64,000 nt of DNA from an uncultured bacterium. Its GTDB lineage: Bacteria; Verrucomicrobiota; Verrucomicrobiia; Limisphaerales; UBA11358. The position numbers and the translations under genes were made by a program. Within the stretch, counting starts at the first letter, position 1, and each line of letters starts with the position of its first letter. Shown piece by piece: positions 26,821-37,512 of this stretch. Below the pieces are notes generated by a model that was not told the DNA's origin, made no database searches, and saw nothing but the letters and a program-made list of their open reading frames with translations. The stretch is from assembly GCA_963723125.1 (NCBI GenBank), contig CAVRPQ010000004.1, positions 3,908 through 67,907 on the forward strand. The letters are read 5' to 3'.

Positions 26821-27510
26821 AAGGAATCCTGAAAGGATTGGCCTCATCCAGCCCGGCGTTGTCGTGCCAGCGGCTACGCCGGGTCACCGTCCATAACCAA
26901 TTCATCAACTCTGAAAGAGTTGAATAAACCATCGGAATTCAACATCATCGCGTCATGTCCCAATCCCTCGCCAAAATCCTGGTCCACACCGTTTTCTCGA
27001 CCAAAGACCGGCGTCCGTTTCTTCGCGACAAAACGTTGCGGGAAGAATTGCACCGTTACCTCGGCAGCATTTTGACGAACCAGGATTGCCAACCCCTCAT
27101 CATTGGCGGCGTGGAGGATCATGTACATCTTCTCTCGACACTTTCGCGCACGGGCACGGTGGAAGAAATGGTCAAGGAGGTCAAACGCGGCTCATCGCTG
27201 TGGCTCAAGACAAGAAATCCCGCCCTGCATGATTTTGCATGGCAGAACGGCTATGGCATCTTTTCCATCGGCTTTTCGCAGGTCGAATCGGTACGGAATT
27301 ATATCGCCGGGCAGGAGGAACATCATCGGAAGGTTTCCTTCCAGGACGAATTCAGGGAATTTTTGAGGCGGTACGAGGTCGAATTTGACGAACGGTATGT
27401 TTGGGATTGATACAACTCTTTCAGAGTTGTCATTTGACCGGACTCGAACCCGGCGTAGCCGCTGCGCGTCAACACCGGGCTGAATGATTAAATCCCTTTG
27501 GGATTTTTCC
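26821..27510. mobile_element. RAYT unit with ~100-110-bp imperfect inverted flanks (26821-26931 and 27411-27510) containing REP-like hairpins
   Basis: The reverse complement of the right flank aligns with the left flank, for example CAGCGGCTACGCCGGGT at ~26875-26891 versus ACCCGGCGTAGCCGCTG at ~27445-27461. AACTCTGAAAGAGTT occurs at ~26907-26921 and its complement at ~27414-27428. Confidence 0.6.
26955..27410 (+). CDS. REP-associated tyrosine transposase (RAYT, IS200/IS605 TnpA-like Y1 HUH transposase)
   Basis: 151 aa: HTVFSTKDRRPFL, EDHVHLL (HUH), WQNGYGIFS, NYIAGQEEHH. Confidence 0.85.
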   Translation: MSQSLAKILVHTVFSTKDRRPFLRDKTLREELHRYLGSILTNQDCQPLIIGGVEDHVHLLSTLSRTGTVEEMVKEVKRGSSLWLKTRNPALHDFAWQNGYGIFSIGFSQVESVRNYIAGQEEHHRKVSFQDEFREFLRRYEVEFDERYVWD

Positions 27511-27590
27511 ACAGCGCCAGGCTGGACGATTTTCATCCCGTTGGGATGTGATGCTTGTTTCTATAAACCTATGCTCGGCACCCCAATTTT

Positions 27591-30491
27591 TCACGTCTTT
27601 GCCACCAACTGCCGCAACACAAATGGCAAGATGCCGCCGTGCTGGTAGTAATCAATCTCGATGGGCGTATCAATCCGGCACTTGACCGGCACGTTTTCCA
27701 CTTTGCCGTCCTTGCGCGTGATGCTCAGTGTCAGGTCCTGCTGCGGCTTCAGGTTCGCACCGAGACCGACGACGTCATAGGTCTCCGTGCCGTCAAGTTT
27801 CAAGCTTTGCGCGTTTGTGCCTTCCTTGAATTGCAACGGCAGCACGCCCATACCGACGAGATTGCTGCGATGAATCCGCTCGAAGCTCTGCGCCACAACG
27901 GCCTTCACGCCGAGCAGATTCGTTCCTTTCGCCGCCCAATCGCGAGAACTGCCAGTGCCGTATTCCTGGCCGGCAAGAACGACCAGCGGCGTGCCGGTCT
28001 GTTGGTACTTCATGGCTGCGTCGTAAATCGGCATCGTGGCTGCGGCGCCCTCGCCGCCGGATTGCGACGAGGCGTCGCGGCCACAAAATTTCGTCACGCC
28101 GCCTTCAACGCCCGGCACCATCAGATTTTTAATTCGCACGTTGGCGAACGTGCCGCGCGTCATCACGCGGTCATTGCCGCGACGCGAGCCATAGCTGTTG
28201 AAATCGGCCGGTTCGACGCCGTTTTCGACGAGGTATTTTCCGGCCGGCGACGTTTTCTTGATGGACCCCGCAGGCGAAATGTGGTCGGTCGTCACACTGT
28301 CGCCGAAGATGGCCAGAGCGCGGGCACCTTTGATCTCGCGGATTTCGCCGGGCTGCATGGAAAAATTCTCAAAGAACGGCGGCTCCTGGATGTAAGTGGA
28401 TTTCCGGTCCCATTCATAAACATTGCCGGCACTGGATGGGATTTCGTTCCACTTGGGATTTTGCGCCGCGAAATCCTTGTACAGCTTGCGGAAAACGTCC
28501 GGCTGCAATGCGGTCTGCATGAGGTCGCGGATTTCGCCCAACGACGGCCAGATGTCCTTCAGCAAAACCGGCCGACCATCCTTGCCGGTGCCCAGCGGGT
28601 CGTGCGTGAGGTCAATGTCCACGCGTCCGGCCAGCGCGAACGCGACGACGAGCGGCGGCGACATGAGGAAGTTCGCCTTGATGTTCTGGTGTATGCGCGC
28701 TTCGAAGTTGCGGTTGCCGGACAACACCGCCGCGGCCACCACATTGTTTTTAACGATGGCCTCCTCCACCGCCGCCGCGAGCGGACCGGAGTTGCCGATG
28801 CACGTTGTGCAACCATAACCCACGAGGTTGAAACCGAGCCGGTCGAGATACGGCTGCAAGCCGGTCCTGCTCAAATAATCACTGACGACGCGCGAACCGG
28901 GCGCGAGCGAGGCCTTGACGACCGGGTCCACGGTCAGGCCGCGTTCGACCGCCTTCTTGGCGAGCAACCCGGCGGCCAGCATGACACTGGGGTTCGACGT
29001 GTTCGTGCAACTCGTGATGGCCGCAATCAGCACCGAGCCGTTGCGAATTTCACTTTTCAATGCCCGCCCCCGTGCCGTGACATGATCGGGTGTCGGATGA
29101 TTGTTCGCCATTTCGGTTTCGGTCTGCGGATTGGTATTTTGCGACCGGGCCTTTTGGGCTGAAACCGGCTCCTGACTGCCGCCACCGTTGACGGATTGCC
29201 CGTTGCCGGAAACCAAAAATATTTTAGCCAACTCTTCCGGCTTCATGCCGAAGCCGCTTTCCGTAACCGGCTTGCTGAAAGTGGCGATAAAGCTCTCCTT
29301 GAGTTTCGGTAATTCGATGCGGTCCTGCGGACGTTTCGGACCGGCCACGCTTGGCAACACCGTGCCCAGGTCGAGTTCCAGTTCCTGAGAATAGGCGATG
29401 TCGCCTTTCTTCGGAATGCCCCAAAGCCCCTGCGCTTTGTAATAATTTTCGTAGGTGCGGCAACGCTCCTCGCTGCGGCCGGTGGCACGCAGGTAATTCA
29501 AGCATTCCTCGTCAATGGGAAAGAAACCCATGGTCGCGCCGTATTCAGGCGCCATGTTGCCAATCGTCGCGCGGTCCACGACCGGCAGCGCCGTCGCACC
29601 CGATCCAAAAAATTCCACAAACTTGCCGACCACCTTCGCCTTGCGGAGCATCTGCGTCACGGTCAGCGCGAGGTCGGTGGCGGTGACGCCTTCGCGCAGT
29701 GAGCCGGTCAGATGCACGCCAACGACGTTGGGCGTGAGGAAATAGACCGGCTGACCCAACATGCCCGCTTCCGCTTCGATGCCACCGACACCCCAACCGA
29801 CAATGCCGAGGCCGTTGATCATTGTCGTGTGCGAATCGGTGCCGACCAGCGTATCCGGATAGAAAATGGGGTCGGGCGTCTGGCCTCTCGCGTCCGGGGA
29901 GGACAGCACGCCTTGGGCGAGGTATTCCAAGTTGACCTGATGGACGATGCCGATGCCGGGCGGTACGACCTTGAAAGTGTCGAAGGCCTGCATGCCCCAT
30001 TTGAGGAATTGATAACGCTCGCGATTGCGCTGGAATTCGATCTCGAGGTTGCGAGCGAACGCGTCGGGGGAGCCGTTCACGTCCACCTGCACCGAATGGT
30101 CCACCACCAAATCCACCGGCACCAGCGGCTCGATGATTTTTGGGTTTTTGCCCAAACGCGCGACGGCGGAGCGCATCGCCGCCAAATCCACCAGCAACGG
30201 CACCCCGGTAAAATCCTGCAACACGATGCGAGCTACAATGAACGGGATTTCTTCCGTGCGTTCCGCGTTCGGCTGCCAGTGGGCCAGCGCGCGGACGTTA
30301 TGTTCGTTCACCTTTTTGCCATCGCAATTGCGCAGGACGGATTCGAGGACGAGCCGGATGGATACCGGCAATTTGGAAACCGGGCCGACACCGGCCTGCT
30401 CAAGCGCCGGCAACGAGTAATATTTCCCTGTTTGCCCGTTGCCGAGTTTAAACGTTTGCAGGGTGCCGGACAAAGGATGCTGCGTGCTCAT
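27591..30491 (-). CDS. acnA: Aconitate hydratase A
   Basis: 966 aa: [58 protein letters not shown]. Confidence 0.95.
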   Translation of the reverse strand: MSTQHPLSGTLQTFKLGNGQTGKYYSLPALEQAGVGPVSKLPVSIRLVLESVLRNCDGKKVNEHNVRALAHWQPNAERTEEIPFIVARIVLQDFTGVPLLVDLAAMRSAVARLGKNPKIIEPLVPVDLVVDHSVQVDVNGSPDAFARNLEIEFQRNRERYQFLKWGMQAFDTFKVVPPGIGIVHQVNLEYLAQGVLSSPDARGQTPDPIFYPDTLVGTDSHTTMINGLGIVGWGVGGIEAEAGMLGQPVYFLTPNVVGVHLTGSLREGVTATDLALTVTQMLRKAKVVGKFVEFFGSGATALPVVDRATIGNMAPEYGATMGFFPIDEECLNYLRATGRSEERCRTYENYYKAQGLWGIPKKGDIAYSQELELDLGTVLPSVAGPKRPQDRIELPKLKESFIATFSKPVTESGFGMKPEELAKIFLVSGNGQSVNGGGSQEPVSAQKARSQNTNPQTETEMANNHPTPDHVTARGRALKSEIRNGSVLIAAITSCTNTSNPSVMLAAGLLAKKAVERGLTVDPVVKASLAPGSRVVSDYLSRTGLQPYLDRLGFNLVGYGCTTCIGNSGPLAAAVEEAIVKNNVVAAAVLSGNRNFEARIHQNIKANFLMSPPLVVAFALAGRVDIDLTHDPLGTGKDGRPVLLKDIWPSLGEIRDLMQTALQPDVFRKLYKDFAAQNPKWNEIPSSAGNVYEWDRKSTYIQEPPFFENFSMQPGEIREIKGARALAIFGDSVTTDHISPAGSIKKTSPAGKYLVENGVEPADFNSYGSRRGNDRVMTRGTFANVRIKNLMVPGVEGGVTKFCGRDASSQSGGEGAAATMPIYDAAMKYQQTGTPLVVLAGQEYGTGSSRDWAAKGTNLLGVKAVVAQSFERIHRSNLVGMGVLPLQFKEGTNAQSLKLDGTETYDVVGLGANLKPQQDLTLSITRKDGKVENVPVKCRIDTPIEIDYYQHGGILPFVLRQLVAKT

Positions 30492-30774
30492 GTAATACCT
30501 TCAATTAACAACAAAAATGAAGCTTGCGCGCAGGCGTGTCAAGCGAGCGCAATCCTGGGTAATGTCCTGATTTGGCAGTAGGGCACGACGTAAGGAGTGC
30601 TGCCCCAAATGACTCGTAACCTCGTCGCCTACAAATTAGGACACTGCGCAATCCGGGACGGCGCCATTATTGCCATTGTCGTGTCAGCGCCGCCGATTTC
30701 GAGCCATAGGCTCGACACTACAGCAAATTCAGCTTGCGCCGGTTCAGGAGGTGTGAATTCGCGGCGCAGAGAAT

Positions 30775-31179
30775 TTATTCCCGCGGATGTTCGGCGCCGT
30801 TCCCCGGCGAAGGCTCCTGATGCAGCAGGTCGGTAATCCGGCGTTCCAGACGCGGGAGATCGAGCGGTTTGGTGAAAAAGTCATCGGCGTGCATCGCCAC
30901 GGTGCGCCTGGTTATTTCACCGGAAAGCGCGCTCATGAAAATGATGGGGATTTTTTTCGTGGACGGCTGGCGGCGAAGGATTTCACAGACGGACAGGCCG
31001 TCCAAATCCGGCAGCAGAATGTCGAGCAGGATGAGGTTCGGTTTAAACTGCCGCGCCTGGCTCAGGGCCTGCACGCCGTCGTTGGCCACGATAAGATCGT
31101 AGCCCAGCGCCGCGAGGCGGAACTGGACCAGCTCGACAAAATCCCGCTCGTCGTCCACGATCAAAATGCGAGGCACCAC
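30775..31179 (-). CDS. Response regulator (receiver domain only)
   Basis: ILIVDDE..LILLDILLPDLDG..KKIPIIFMSA..FFTKP. Confidence 0.8.
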   Translation of the reverse strand: MVPRILIVDDERDFVELVQFRLAALGYDLIVANDGVQALSQARQFKPNLILLDILLPDLDGLSVCEILRRQPSTKKIPIIFMSALSGEITRRTVAMHADDFFTKPLDLPRLERRITDLLHQEPSPGNGAEHPRE

Positions 31180-31307
31180 ATTGACAAGCTAAGCCGGTTT
31201 CACGCCAAATACCATGACGGCGCGGTTAAAGCTGTGTCACGAAATGGAAACGGAACCCGGCTAAAAAACTTGTTCCGTCGTGGCCATTTTGGTAGCCCTG
31301 CGGGAAG

Positions 31308-32222
31308 ATGCCAACGAAACAAGGCTCCATTCATCTGTTCCGGCTTTTCGGAATTGATGTATATCTGCATTGGGCCTGGTTCTTCGCCGCGTGGTATTTT
31401 GTCAACGCTGCCAAGGGTTACTCTTCCTCCATCTGGAGCGTGTTGGAATGTCTGGCGCTGTTCGCCATCGTGCTGATTCACGAATTTGGCCATCAACTGG
31501 CCTGCCGGCAGGTGGGTGGGCAAACCCACGATATCATCCTCTGGCCGCTCGGCGGCGTGGCTTATGTGTCGCCACCACTGCGACCCGGCGCGCAACTCTG
31601 GAGCATCGCCGCCGGACCACTGGTCAACGTCGCGCTCTTTCCTGTTTTCACCGTAGTCGTGTTCCTGGCCCGGTCAGCGAATTGGGGAGATACGATGCCG
31701 GATGCCTATTATTTTGTACTGACGCTCTGGTACATCAACACCGGTTTGCTGCTGTTCAACATGCTGCCCATTTATCCGCTCGATGGCGGACAAATTCTAC
31801 GGTCGCTGCTCTGGTTTATGTTTGGCCGGGCGCGCAGCCTGATGATCGCGACCGTCATCGGCCTCGTGGGCATTGTAGCTTTCATTCCCGTTCTCATCAT
31901 GGCCAATCAGATGTGGTATTATCTTTTGGCCGTGTTCGCCGTGCTGAACTGTTGGGGTGGTCTGATGCAGGCACGCGCCTTGTCACGCGTGGCCAACGCG
32001 CCGCGCCGGGAAGGTTACGCCTGCCCGAACTGCAAAACCGCGCCGCCGCAGGGCGCGTTCTGGGTGTGCGGCAAATGCCGGAAACCGTTCGATACCTTTG
32101 CCACTCAGGGTCTGTGCCCAACCTGCAACACTCAATACACCGCCACGTCCTGCCCTGAATGCGGCACGATGCGGCCGTTCAGCGAGTGGATGACCTCAGC
32201 GGACGTTCCGCCGCATCTGTAA
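31308..32222 (+). CDS. Site-2 protease family (M50) metallopeptidase with a C-terminal zinc-ribbon
   Basis: IHEFGHQLA (HExxH), LWPLGGVA, multiple TM segments, C-terminal CPNC..CGKC..CPTC..CPEC. Confidence 0.75.
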   Translation: MPTKQGSIHLFRLFGIDVYLHWAWFFAAWYFVNAAKGYSSSIWSVLECLALFAIVLIHEFGHQLACRQVGGQTHDIILWPLGGVAYVSPPLRPGAQLWSIAAGPLVNVALFPVFTVVVFLARSANWGDTMPDAYYFVLTLWYINTGLLLFNMLPIYPLDGGQILRSLLWFMFGRARSLMIATVIGLVGIVAFIPVLIMANQMWYYLLAVFAVLNCWGGLMQARALSRVANAPRREGYACPNCKTAPPQGAFWVCGKCRKPFDTFATQGLCPTCNTQYTATSCPECGTMRPFSEWMTSADVPPHL

Positions 32223-32252
32223 TAGGGCTTTTTCAAAAAATTTGCAGCCGCA

Positions 32253-32410
32253 GACGTCAGGGCGTGTTGCTCAAATCCTTTCAGGTAGGGCGCGTCACTC
32301 CGTGCGCGCCGCTGAACCGTCAAAAACCCTCCCATTTGCGAAAGATTCGGCGCGCACGGAGTGAGCGCCCTACCTTTGGCGTTCTCCGTTTCTTTTGGGC
32401 AACACGTCCA
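32253..32410. repeat. ~160-bp nested-palindromic repeat element, copy 1
   Basis: Outer IR GGGCGTGTTGC/GCAACACG; inner ~28-bp arms GGTAGGGCGCGTCACTCCGTGCGCGCCG / CGGCGCGCACGGAGTGA(C)GCGCCCTACC. Near-identical to 36620-36784 in the same orientation. Confidence 0.85.
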
Positions 32411-32510
32411 TCAGGAGGCTCTGAATGAGCGATATTGCCAATAATATTTGAGCCTCGTTACCTCGGCTGCTACCACCAGGCTGCCTTTCCAGTAGAAGAT
32501 AAATTCCTCA

Positions 32511-35500
32511 TTATAGCCCATCCTGTGGCGGGATCGCGCCTTTGGCGAAAGGCATTTCGTCATCGGAATGGATGCGATTTCCAGCCGGGTCAACCAGGGT
32601 TATCGTAATGAAAACCAATAAATCCTTGTCCCCCTCATTCGGCTGGCCCCGGGCCGCTTTGGTCTTCCTGAAATAACCTGGCTCGGCAGCAACTTCCTTT
32701 CCGCCGTCATAAAAGCGTGGTTTTATCCCACCCAGCACGACGGTCTGCCCGTCCCACAATTTTATGCGTGCGGTGGCTTTGCGAACGCCGAAGCTGGGCA
32801 AAATCGTTGGCAAGTTTACTTTCTGACCAGCCGCGTTGTATTTGACAATTGAGTTGGTTGGCTGGTCATAACCTAAAAATTCCGTCAGCGATGCCGTGGT
32901 TTTCAAATCAATCGTGTACCCATCGGGCAAAACGGTCGCAACTGTATCCATAACGAGGCCGATTTCCACCGCATTGGTTTGTGGAAAAATTGCTGAGACG
33001 TTCGATATTTCTTGATAGCCAAAATTAGTTATGACCGTGATGATTTGCGTCGCGCGCATCTGCGTTTGCCGCCCGTTCAAAGTCGTCACTTCCGGCTCGG
33101 CCAATTCTTCGACATCCGGTAGTGACTCCAAGGCGCGAAGAGCGGCCTGAAATTGCGATTCAGTCATGATGCCCGGAAACGACGCTGGCTCGCTGACTCC
33201 AACCATGAATTTGGGCTGATTAAGTGTATCATGCGTGGGCGGTGGGAGATCGTCGCCAGCGGGAGAACCGCCCGCAGCATTAAAACTCCCCAGATACACA
33301 TCGGCGGCAGCAGACGCAGGCACCTCGATGAATCTGGCCTTGATGTGGATTTGCGGCGCGGTTTGGTTGAGAGCTTGCAATGCCCTTTCAATCGTGTCCA
33401 AATCCTGCATGGTCGCGCGGACAAACAATAAACCCAGCCGGTCATTGTAGAAAACCGACTCGGGTGGTTTCAAATCCACCCCGCATTTGCTGAAAAGACT
33501 TTGGGCCATCGTCGAAACACTATTGGTTTGCAGGCCGGTGATATTTCGTAAAGCGTCAGGGAATCCATGCGCGTCCATCTGGAATGTTCGTGAGAAAAGC
33601 CGCGGAGCTTCCATTTTCGGCGAAAAAACAATCCCTTCATCAGAAACCGAATATTGGATGGGTTTGTCCGCGCTCAGGACAATGGCATCCAACACCTCTG
33701 CCATGGTCACGCTTCTTAACGGCGGGTCAATGGTGACGATGATTGAATTGATGTCCATGCCCTTCGTGCCGCTGTCTTTTGCCGGCAGCCTGGTGTTGGA
33801 GTCTATCATCGGTTGGTGCCCGTCGAAATTTTCAGCCGTGAAGAAATGGATGCCACTCTTACCGGAAGCAAGCCCGGTGGCCATTTGGTTTAGCTCGCGA
33901 ACGACTTCCTTTAGCGGCCACCTGATGTTCGGCCCGAATTGGTCAAGCTGGATGCGGTTAAGTTTGTCCAGGATGTTTCTCCGAGCCGCCGAGTTTTGAA
34001 TCATTCCCGTCCGGCGGTTCGCCTTGCACGCCTGAACCAGATTCATGTAGTACTGCGCCGCCTGATTTTCCGGCTCCAGAGTCAGGGCGGACTTAAGCCG
34101 TTCTTCCGCTTCGTCAAATTTACCCATTTCAAAAAGCACTTTGGCATCGCGGACCAAACCATTTGCCGACGCCGCCTTGTCTGGGATAGTCACCTGCAGC
34201 CGTTCCTGAGAATGCACCGTGTTGGTGACCATTTGCACGCCGATGACCGCGACCAGATTGTTGCCGGTGTGGCTGCCATAATTCTTCACGCGAACCACAA
34301 TGCCGCCGTGGTCTTCGGCCGAAGCTTTGGTATGGAAATAATTGGTGACAGCGGCTCCAGCCGGGCCACCCACAACCGTTCCCCGGAGTGCCAAATCAAC
34401 GGCACCGTCCGCTACGATCGGTTCGCAGTCGAAGTCAACGCTGTTGGACTCGTTGCCGACAAAAAATTTCGTCGTTATCCCGCTCCCGGTCTGGATGCGT
34501 GGACGCTGAATTAATCGCAAACCGGACGATTCAAGGTTTTCGACCAGTTCGCCAAATTTCTCCGGCGAGGCAGACCACCAGTCACCGCCATACAAGCTGC
34601 CGTGATAAAATGGCAAACCGGTGACAATCTTATCAAAGTCAGCGGACGGCGTCTGATAAATGCGCGCTTCAATCAAGACGTTCATTCGGAGAGGATTGTT
34701 GCCCAACGGCAGTTCGCAGATGCCGTTGGCACGGTTCAATTGTTCGATGACTCGCCGAAAAATCTCCAGCCTGGCTGGCGTGTTTTGCGTCGTTATTTCG
34801 CCAGTCTGGGTATTGAACGCGATTCCATTTGGTGGAACGCAGTCCACGCCTTCACCGCGTAACAGATCCAGCAGGATGACCGTGTAATCATTCGTCGCCG
34901 ACAGCAGGGATTTTGCAGCCTGGGCTTTGACGTTTCGAATGAAAATGTCCGGATCCAATTTGAGCGTGAGCGATTGTTGTTCAACCGCTGGCACGTTGGT
35001 TGAATCTGATTGCTCCGCCGGACTTGGCGCTTCTCCCATCGGCAGAGCCACAGCACTGAAAACAAAAACTCCGCAGAGCGACACGAAGGTCAGCCCGGCC
35101 TTGCGCGGCGGGTTGAACTGCACCAACCGTTCGATGCGTTGACGCAAGGCGCTGCGCGATTCAAGAATCCCCACCAGGCCCAGGCTGGCCAGCGGACGGT
35201 TCAGCGCGAGTTTCGCCACTTCCAACAAGGTCGGCGCGTAGGTTCCCGCCTCATTGCGGAGCGCCAACATCACCGCATCGTCCACGGCTTCCTCGCGCAC
35301 CCGGCGGATGCGGGCGTTCGCCAGCCAGAGCAGCGGATGCCACCAATAAATAATCTGCAACAGCGTCTGCAAAAAATTCAACCATACATCGCGCCGTCGC
35401 AAATGAATCAGTTCATGCAGCAGTACCGCGCGCAATTGTTCATCGGAAAATCCTTCCGCCAGCGATTGCGGAATCAGGATTACCGGCCGAAACAACCCGC

Positions 35501-36068
35501 ACACCGCCGGTGACATCGAGTTCCCCGTCAGCTTCACCGGCATGACGGATTTGACACCGGCGAGAAGCCGCGTTTCATTCAACCGGGCCGTCAGCCGTTC
35601 AGAGTGTGTCGAGCGCCGCGCCCGCCGTGCGACGTACCACCAGCGCCCCGACAGCCAGGCCAACAACAAAACACTGACCCCTCCCGAGGCCAGCAACAAC
35701 CACGCTGCGCTTGTCAGCACCGGTCTTGGCGGGACAAAAACTGGCGGCGGATTCTGCGAAATCTCGGGCAACCGCCCGGTGTCGTACGTTACTGTGTAAT
35801 GTGGCAGGGCTGTGGCCAGCGACGGACTTTCATGCAACCACCAAGCCGGGCTGGTCGGCAGCGCCAGAGTTGGCGGCAGGCAAAGTTTCACCAGAACGAC
35901 CAGCCAAAGCGCATAACGGATGGAGGCCTGGATTTTGTTCCGGATCACGAAATCAATCGTAAACAGGGCGGCGATCAGCAGGCTGGATTGCCAGAGTATG
36001 GGCCAGGCGAAGTTCAAAAAATCTCCGCCCGATTGGTTCAGGTTTTCGATGAAGGAATTCATGCGCAC
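32511..36068 (-). CDS. BlaR1-like M56 metallopeptidase sensor fused to a large periplasmic region with TPR-like and secretin-like C-terminal domains
   Basis: 1185 aa. N-terminal TM segments plus LLHELIHLRRRDVW (M56 HExxH). C-terminal TLNGRQTQMRATQ.., RIKLWDGQTVVLGGI and DLLVFITITLVDPAGN resemble a secretin domain. Confidence 0.7.
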   Translation of the reverse strand: MRMNSFIENLNQSGGDFLNFAWPILWQSSLLIAALFTIDFVIRNKIQASIRYALWLVVLVKLCLPPTLALPTSPAWWLHESPSLATALPHYTVTYDTGRLPEISQNPPPVFVPPRPVLTSAAWLLLASGGVSVLLLAWLSGRWWYVARRARRSTHSERLTARLNETRLLAGVKSVMPVKLTGNSMSPAVCGLFRPVILIPQSLAEGFSDEQLRAVLLHELIHLRRRDVWLNFLQTLLQIIYWWHPLLWLANARIRRVREEAVDDAVMLALRNEAGTYAPTLLEVAKLALNRPLASLGLVGILESRSALRQRIERLVQFNPPRKAGLTFVSLCGVFVFSAVALPMGEAPSPAEQSDSTNVPAVEQQSLTLKLDPDIFIRNVKAQAAKSLLSATNDYTVILLDLLRGEGVDCVPPNGIAFNTQTGEITTQNTPARLEIFRRVIEQLNRANGICELPLGNNPLRMNVLIEARIYQTPSADFDKIVTGLPFYHGSLYGGDWWSASPEKFGELVENLESSGLRLIQRPRIQTGSGITTKFFVGNESNSVDFDCEPIVADGAVDLALRGTVVGGPAGAAVTNYFHTKASAEDHGGIVVRVKNYGSHTGNNLVAVIGVQMVTNTVHSQERLQVTIPDKAASANGLVRDAKVLFEMGKFDEAEERLKSALTLEPENQAAQYYMNLVQACKANRRTGMIQNSAARRNILDKLNRIQLDQFGPNIRWPLKEVVRELNQMATGLASGKSGIHFFTAENFDGHQPMIDSNTRLPAKDSGTKGMDINSIIVTIDPPLRSVTMAEVLDAIVLSADKPIQYSVSDEGIVFSPKMEAPRLFSRTFQMDAHGFPDALRNITGLQTNSVSTMAQSLFSKCGVDLKPPESVFYNDRLGLLFVRATMQDLDTIERALQALNQTAPQIHIKARFIEVPASAAADVYLGSFNAAGGSPAGDDLPPPTHDTLNQPKFMVGVSEPASFPGIMTESQFQAALRALESLPDVEELAEPEVTTLNGRQTQMRATQIITVITNFGYQEISNVSAIFPQTNAVEIGLVMDTVATVLPDGYTIDLKTTASLTEFLGYDQPTNSIVKYNAAGQKVNLPTILPSFGVRKATARIKLWDGQTVVLGGIKPRFYDGGKEVAAEPGYFRKTKAARGQPNEGDKDLLVFITITLVDPAGNRIHSDDEMPFAKGAIPPQDGL

Positions 36069-36083
36069 CTCCGGAGATACCGG

Positions 36084-36474
36084 TTATTTTTTCGCCGACT
36101 TTTTCTTCGCCTTGATTAGCGATTCCAGTTTAGCCAGTTCGCCTGCATTCAGGTCGCTGCTTTCCAACAGGCATTGCACCATCGGCGTGAGTGCGCCGTT
36201 GAAGGCGTGTTTGAGCGCGTAAAACAATTCGCCGCGCTGCGCCTGCGCGCGGGTGACCACAGAATGATAAATGGTCAGCTTGCCCTCCTTGCGCGCCTTG
36301 AGCACGCCCTTGGCCACCATGCGGTCCATCAGCGTGCGGACCGTAGAATAGGTCCAACCGGTCGGCTGACGCAGCTTTTCCTGGATGGCAGGCGCCGTGC
36401 AGGGCTCGATTCTCCCAAACGGCCTTGATAATGGACCATTCCGCCTCAGTCAGTTCAACGGTCGGCTTGGACAT
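36084..36474 (-). pseudogene. BlaI/MecI/CopY-family repressor with a 1-nt frameshift near 36405-36412
   Basis: N-terminal frame: MSKPTVELTEAEWSIIKAVWEN. The adjacent frame continues EPCTAPAIQEKLRQPTGWTYSTVRTLMDRMVAKGVLKARKEGKLTIY... Confidence 0.7.
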
Positions 36475-36619
36475 GCGGCGATATTCTCTACAAATGTAGA
36501 GTTTGTCAAGCAGATTCTTTACAATTGTAGATTTAGCGCCATTTAACCAATCTCGTAGCCGTCCCGTATTGCGGGATCATTTCGCGCCATACCATTCTCC
36601 TCATAATTCTATTTGCGCC

Positions 36620-36784
36620 GACTGACGGGCGTGTTGCCAAAATCGGTTCAGGTAGGGCGCGTCACTCCGTGCGCGCCGCTGAACCGTGAAAAACCATCCA
36701 ATTTGCGAAAGAACCGGCGCGCACGGAGTGACGCGCCCTACCTTTGGCGTTCTCCGTTTCTTTTGAGCAACACGCCCTCACGTC
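36620..36784. repeat. ~160-bp nested-palindromic repeat element, copy 2
   Basis: See copy 1. The spurious ORFs RVTPCAPLNR.. arise from both copies. Confidence 0.85.
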
Positions 36785-36819
36785 GGCGGTTACACGTTTT
36801 TTGAAAAGCTCCAGCACAA

Positions 36820-36850
36820 AATAAAAAAGCGGAGGGCCGGTCCTCCGCTT
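36820..36850 (-). terminator. Rho-independent terminator downstream of the peroxiredoxin gene
   Basis: Stem GCGGAGG / CCTCCGC (36829-36848, 6-nt loop), followed on the minus strand by TTTTTTATTTT. Confidence 0.55.
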
Positions 36851-36872
36851 TCTCATTGAATAAAAGAATGAA

Positions 36873-37352
36873 TTATTTCAACTTCGCCAGCGTTGCCTTG
36901 ACGGCTTCGAAATTCGGCAAATCCTTCGGCGTCGGCGTCTGTTCGCTGTATTGCACGATGCCATTCTTATCAATCACGAACGCCGCGCGCGCCGCAGTGT
37001 CGCCAATCCCGGCCAGCATCGGGAACACCACGTTGTAGGCCTTGATGGTCGTCTTGTTCAAATCGCTGGCCAGCGTGATGCCGATTTTTTCCTTTTGCGC
37101 CCACGCCTCCTGCGCGAACGGCGTGTCCACGCTGACGCCGATGACATCGGCGTTGAGGCCGGAATAAGCGCCGAGCCCGGCGCTCAGGTCGCACAGTTCT
37201 TTGGTGCAGACGCTGGTGAATGCCGCCGGAAAAAACAGCAGCACGGTGTTTTTCTTGCCGAGATTGTTGCTGAGTTTCACGTCCACGAGACCGGACGACT
37301 GTTTGGATTTCAAAGTGAAATCGGGGGCCTTGGTGCCAATGGAAATTGCCAT
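36873..37352 (-). CDS. Peroxiredoxin (AhpC/TSA redoxin family)
   Basis: GTKAPDFTL.., VLLFFPAAFTSVCTKELC. Confidence 0.85.
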   Translation of the reverse strand: MAISIGTKAPDFTLKSKQSSGLVDVKLSNNLGKKNTVLLFFPAAFTSVCTKELCDLSAGLGAYSGLNADVIGVSVDTPFAQEAWAQKEKIGITLASDLNKTTIKAYNVVFPMLAGIGDTAARAAFVIDKNGIVQYSEQTPTPKDLPNFEAVKATLAKLK

Positions 37353-37512
37353 AATTTTTTTTTAGTTTTGAGTTTAAATTTCTCTTGTTGCCGGCAGTTT
37401 GGGAATTTGCCGAGGCCATGTCAAACGGGGATTTTGACAAAACAATCCGGGCCACAGCCGCCAAGGAGGTGGGACAGGAGGTGTCCGCTGAACAAACGGC
37501 TGTGCGCCCGGA

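Noticed and set aside
27431-27461. tRNA-like T-arm (GGTTCGAGTCCGG on the minus strand)
   Set aside because: No matching acceptor stem, D-arm or anticodon arm could be built. The segment is the inverted-repeat flank of the RAYT gene and mirrors 26875-26891.
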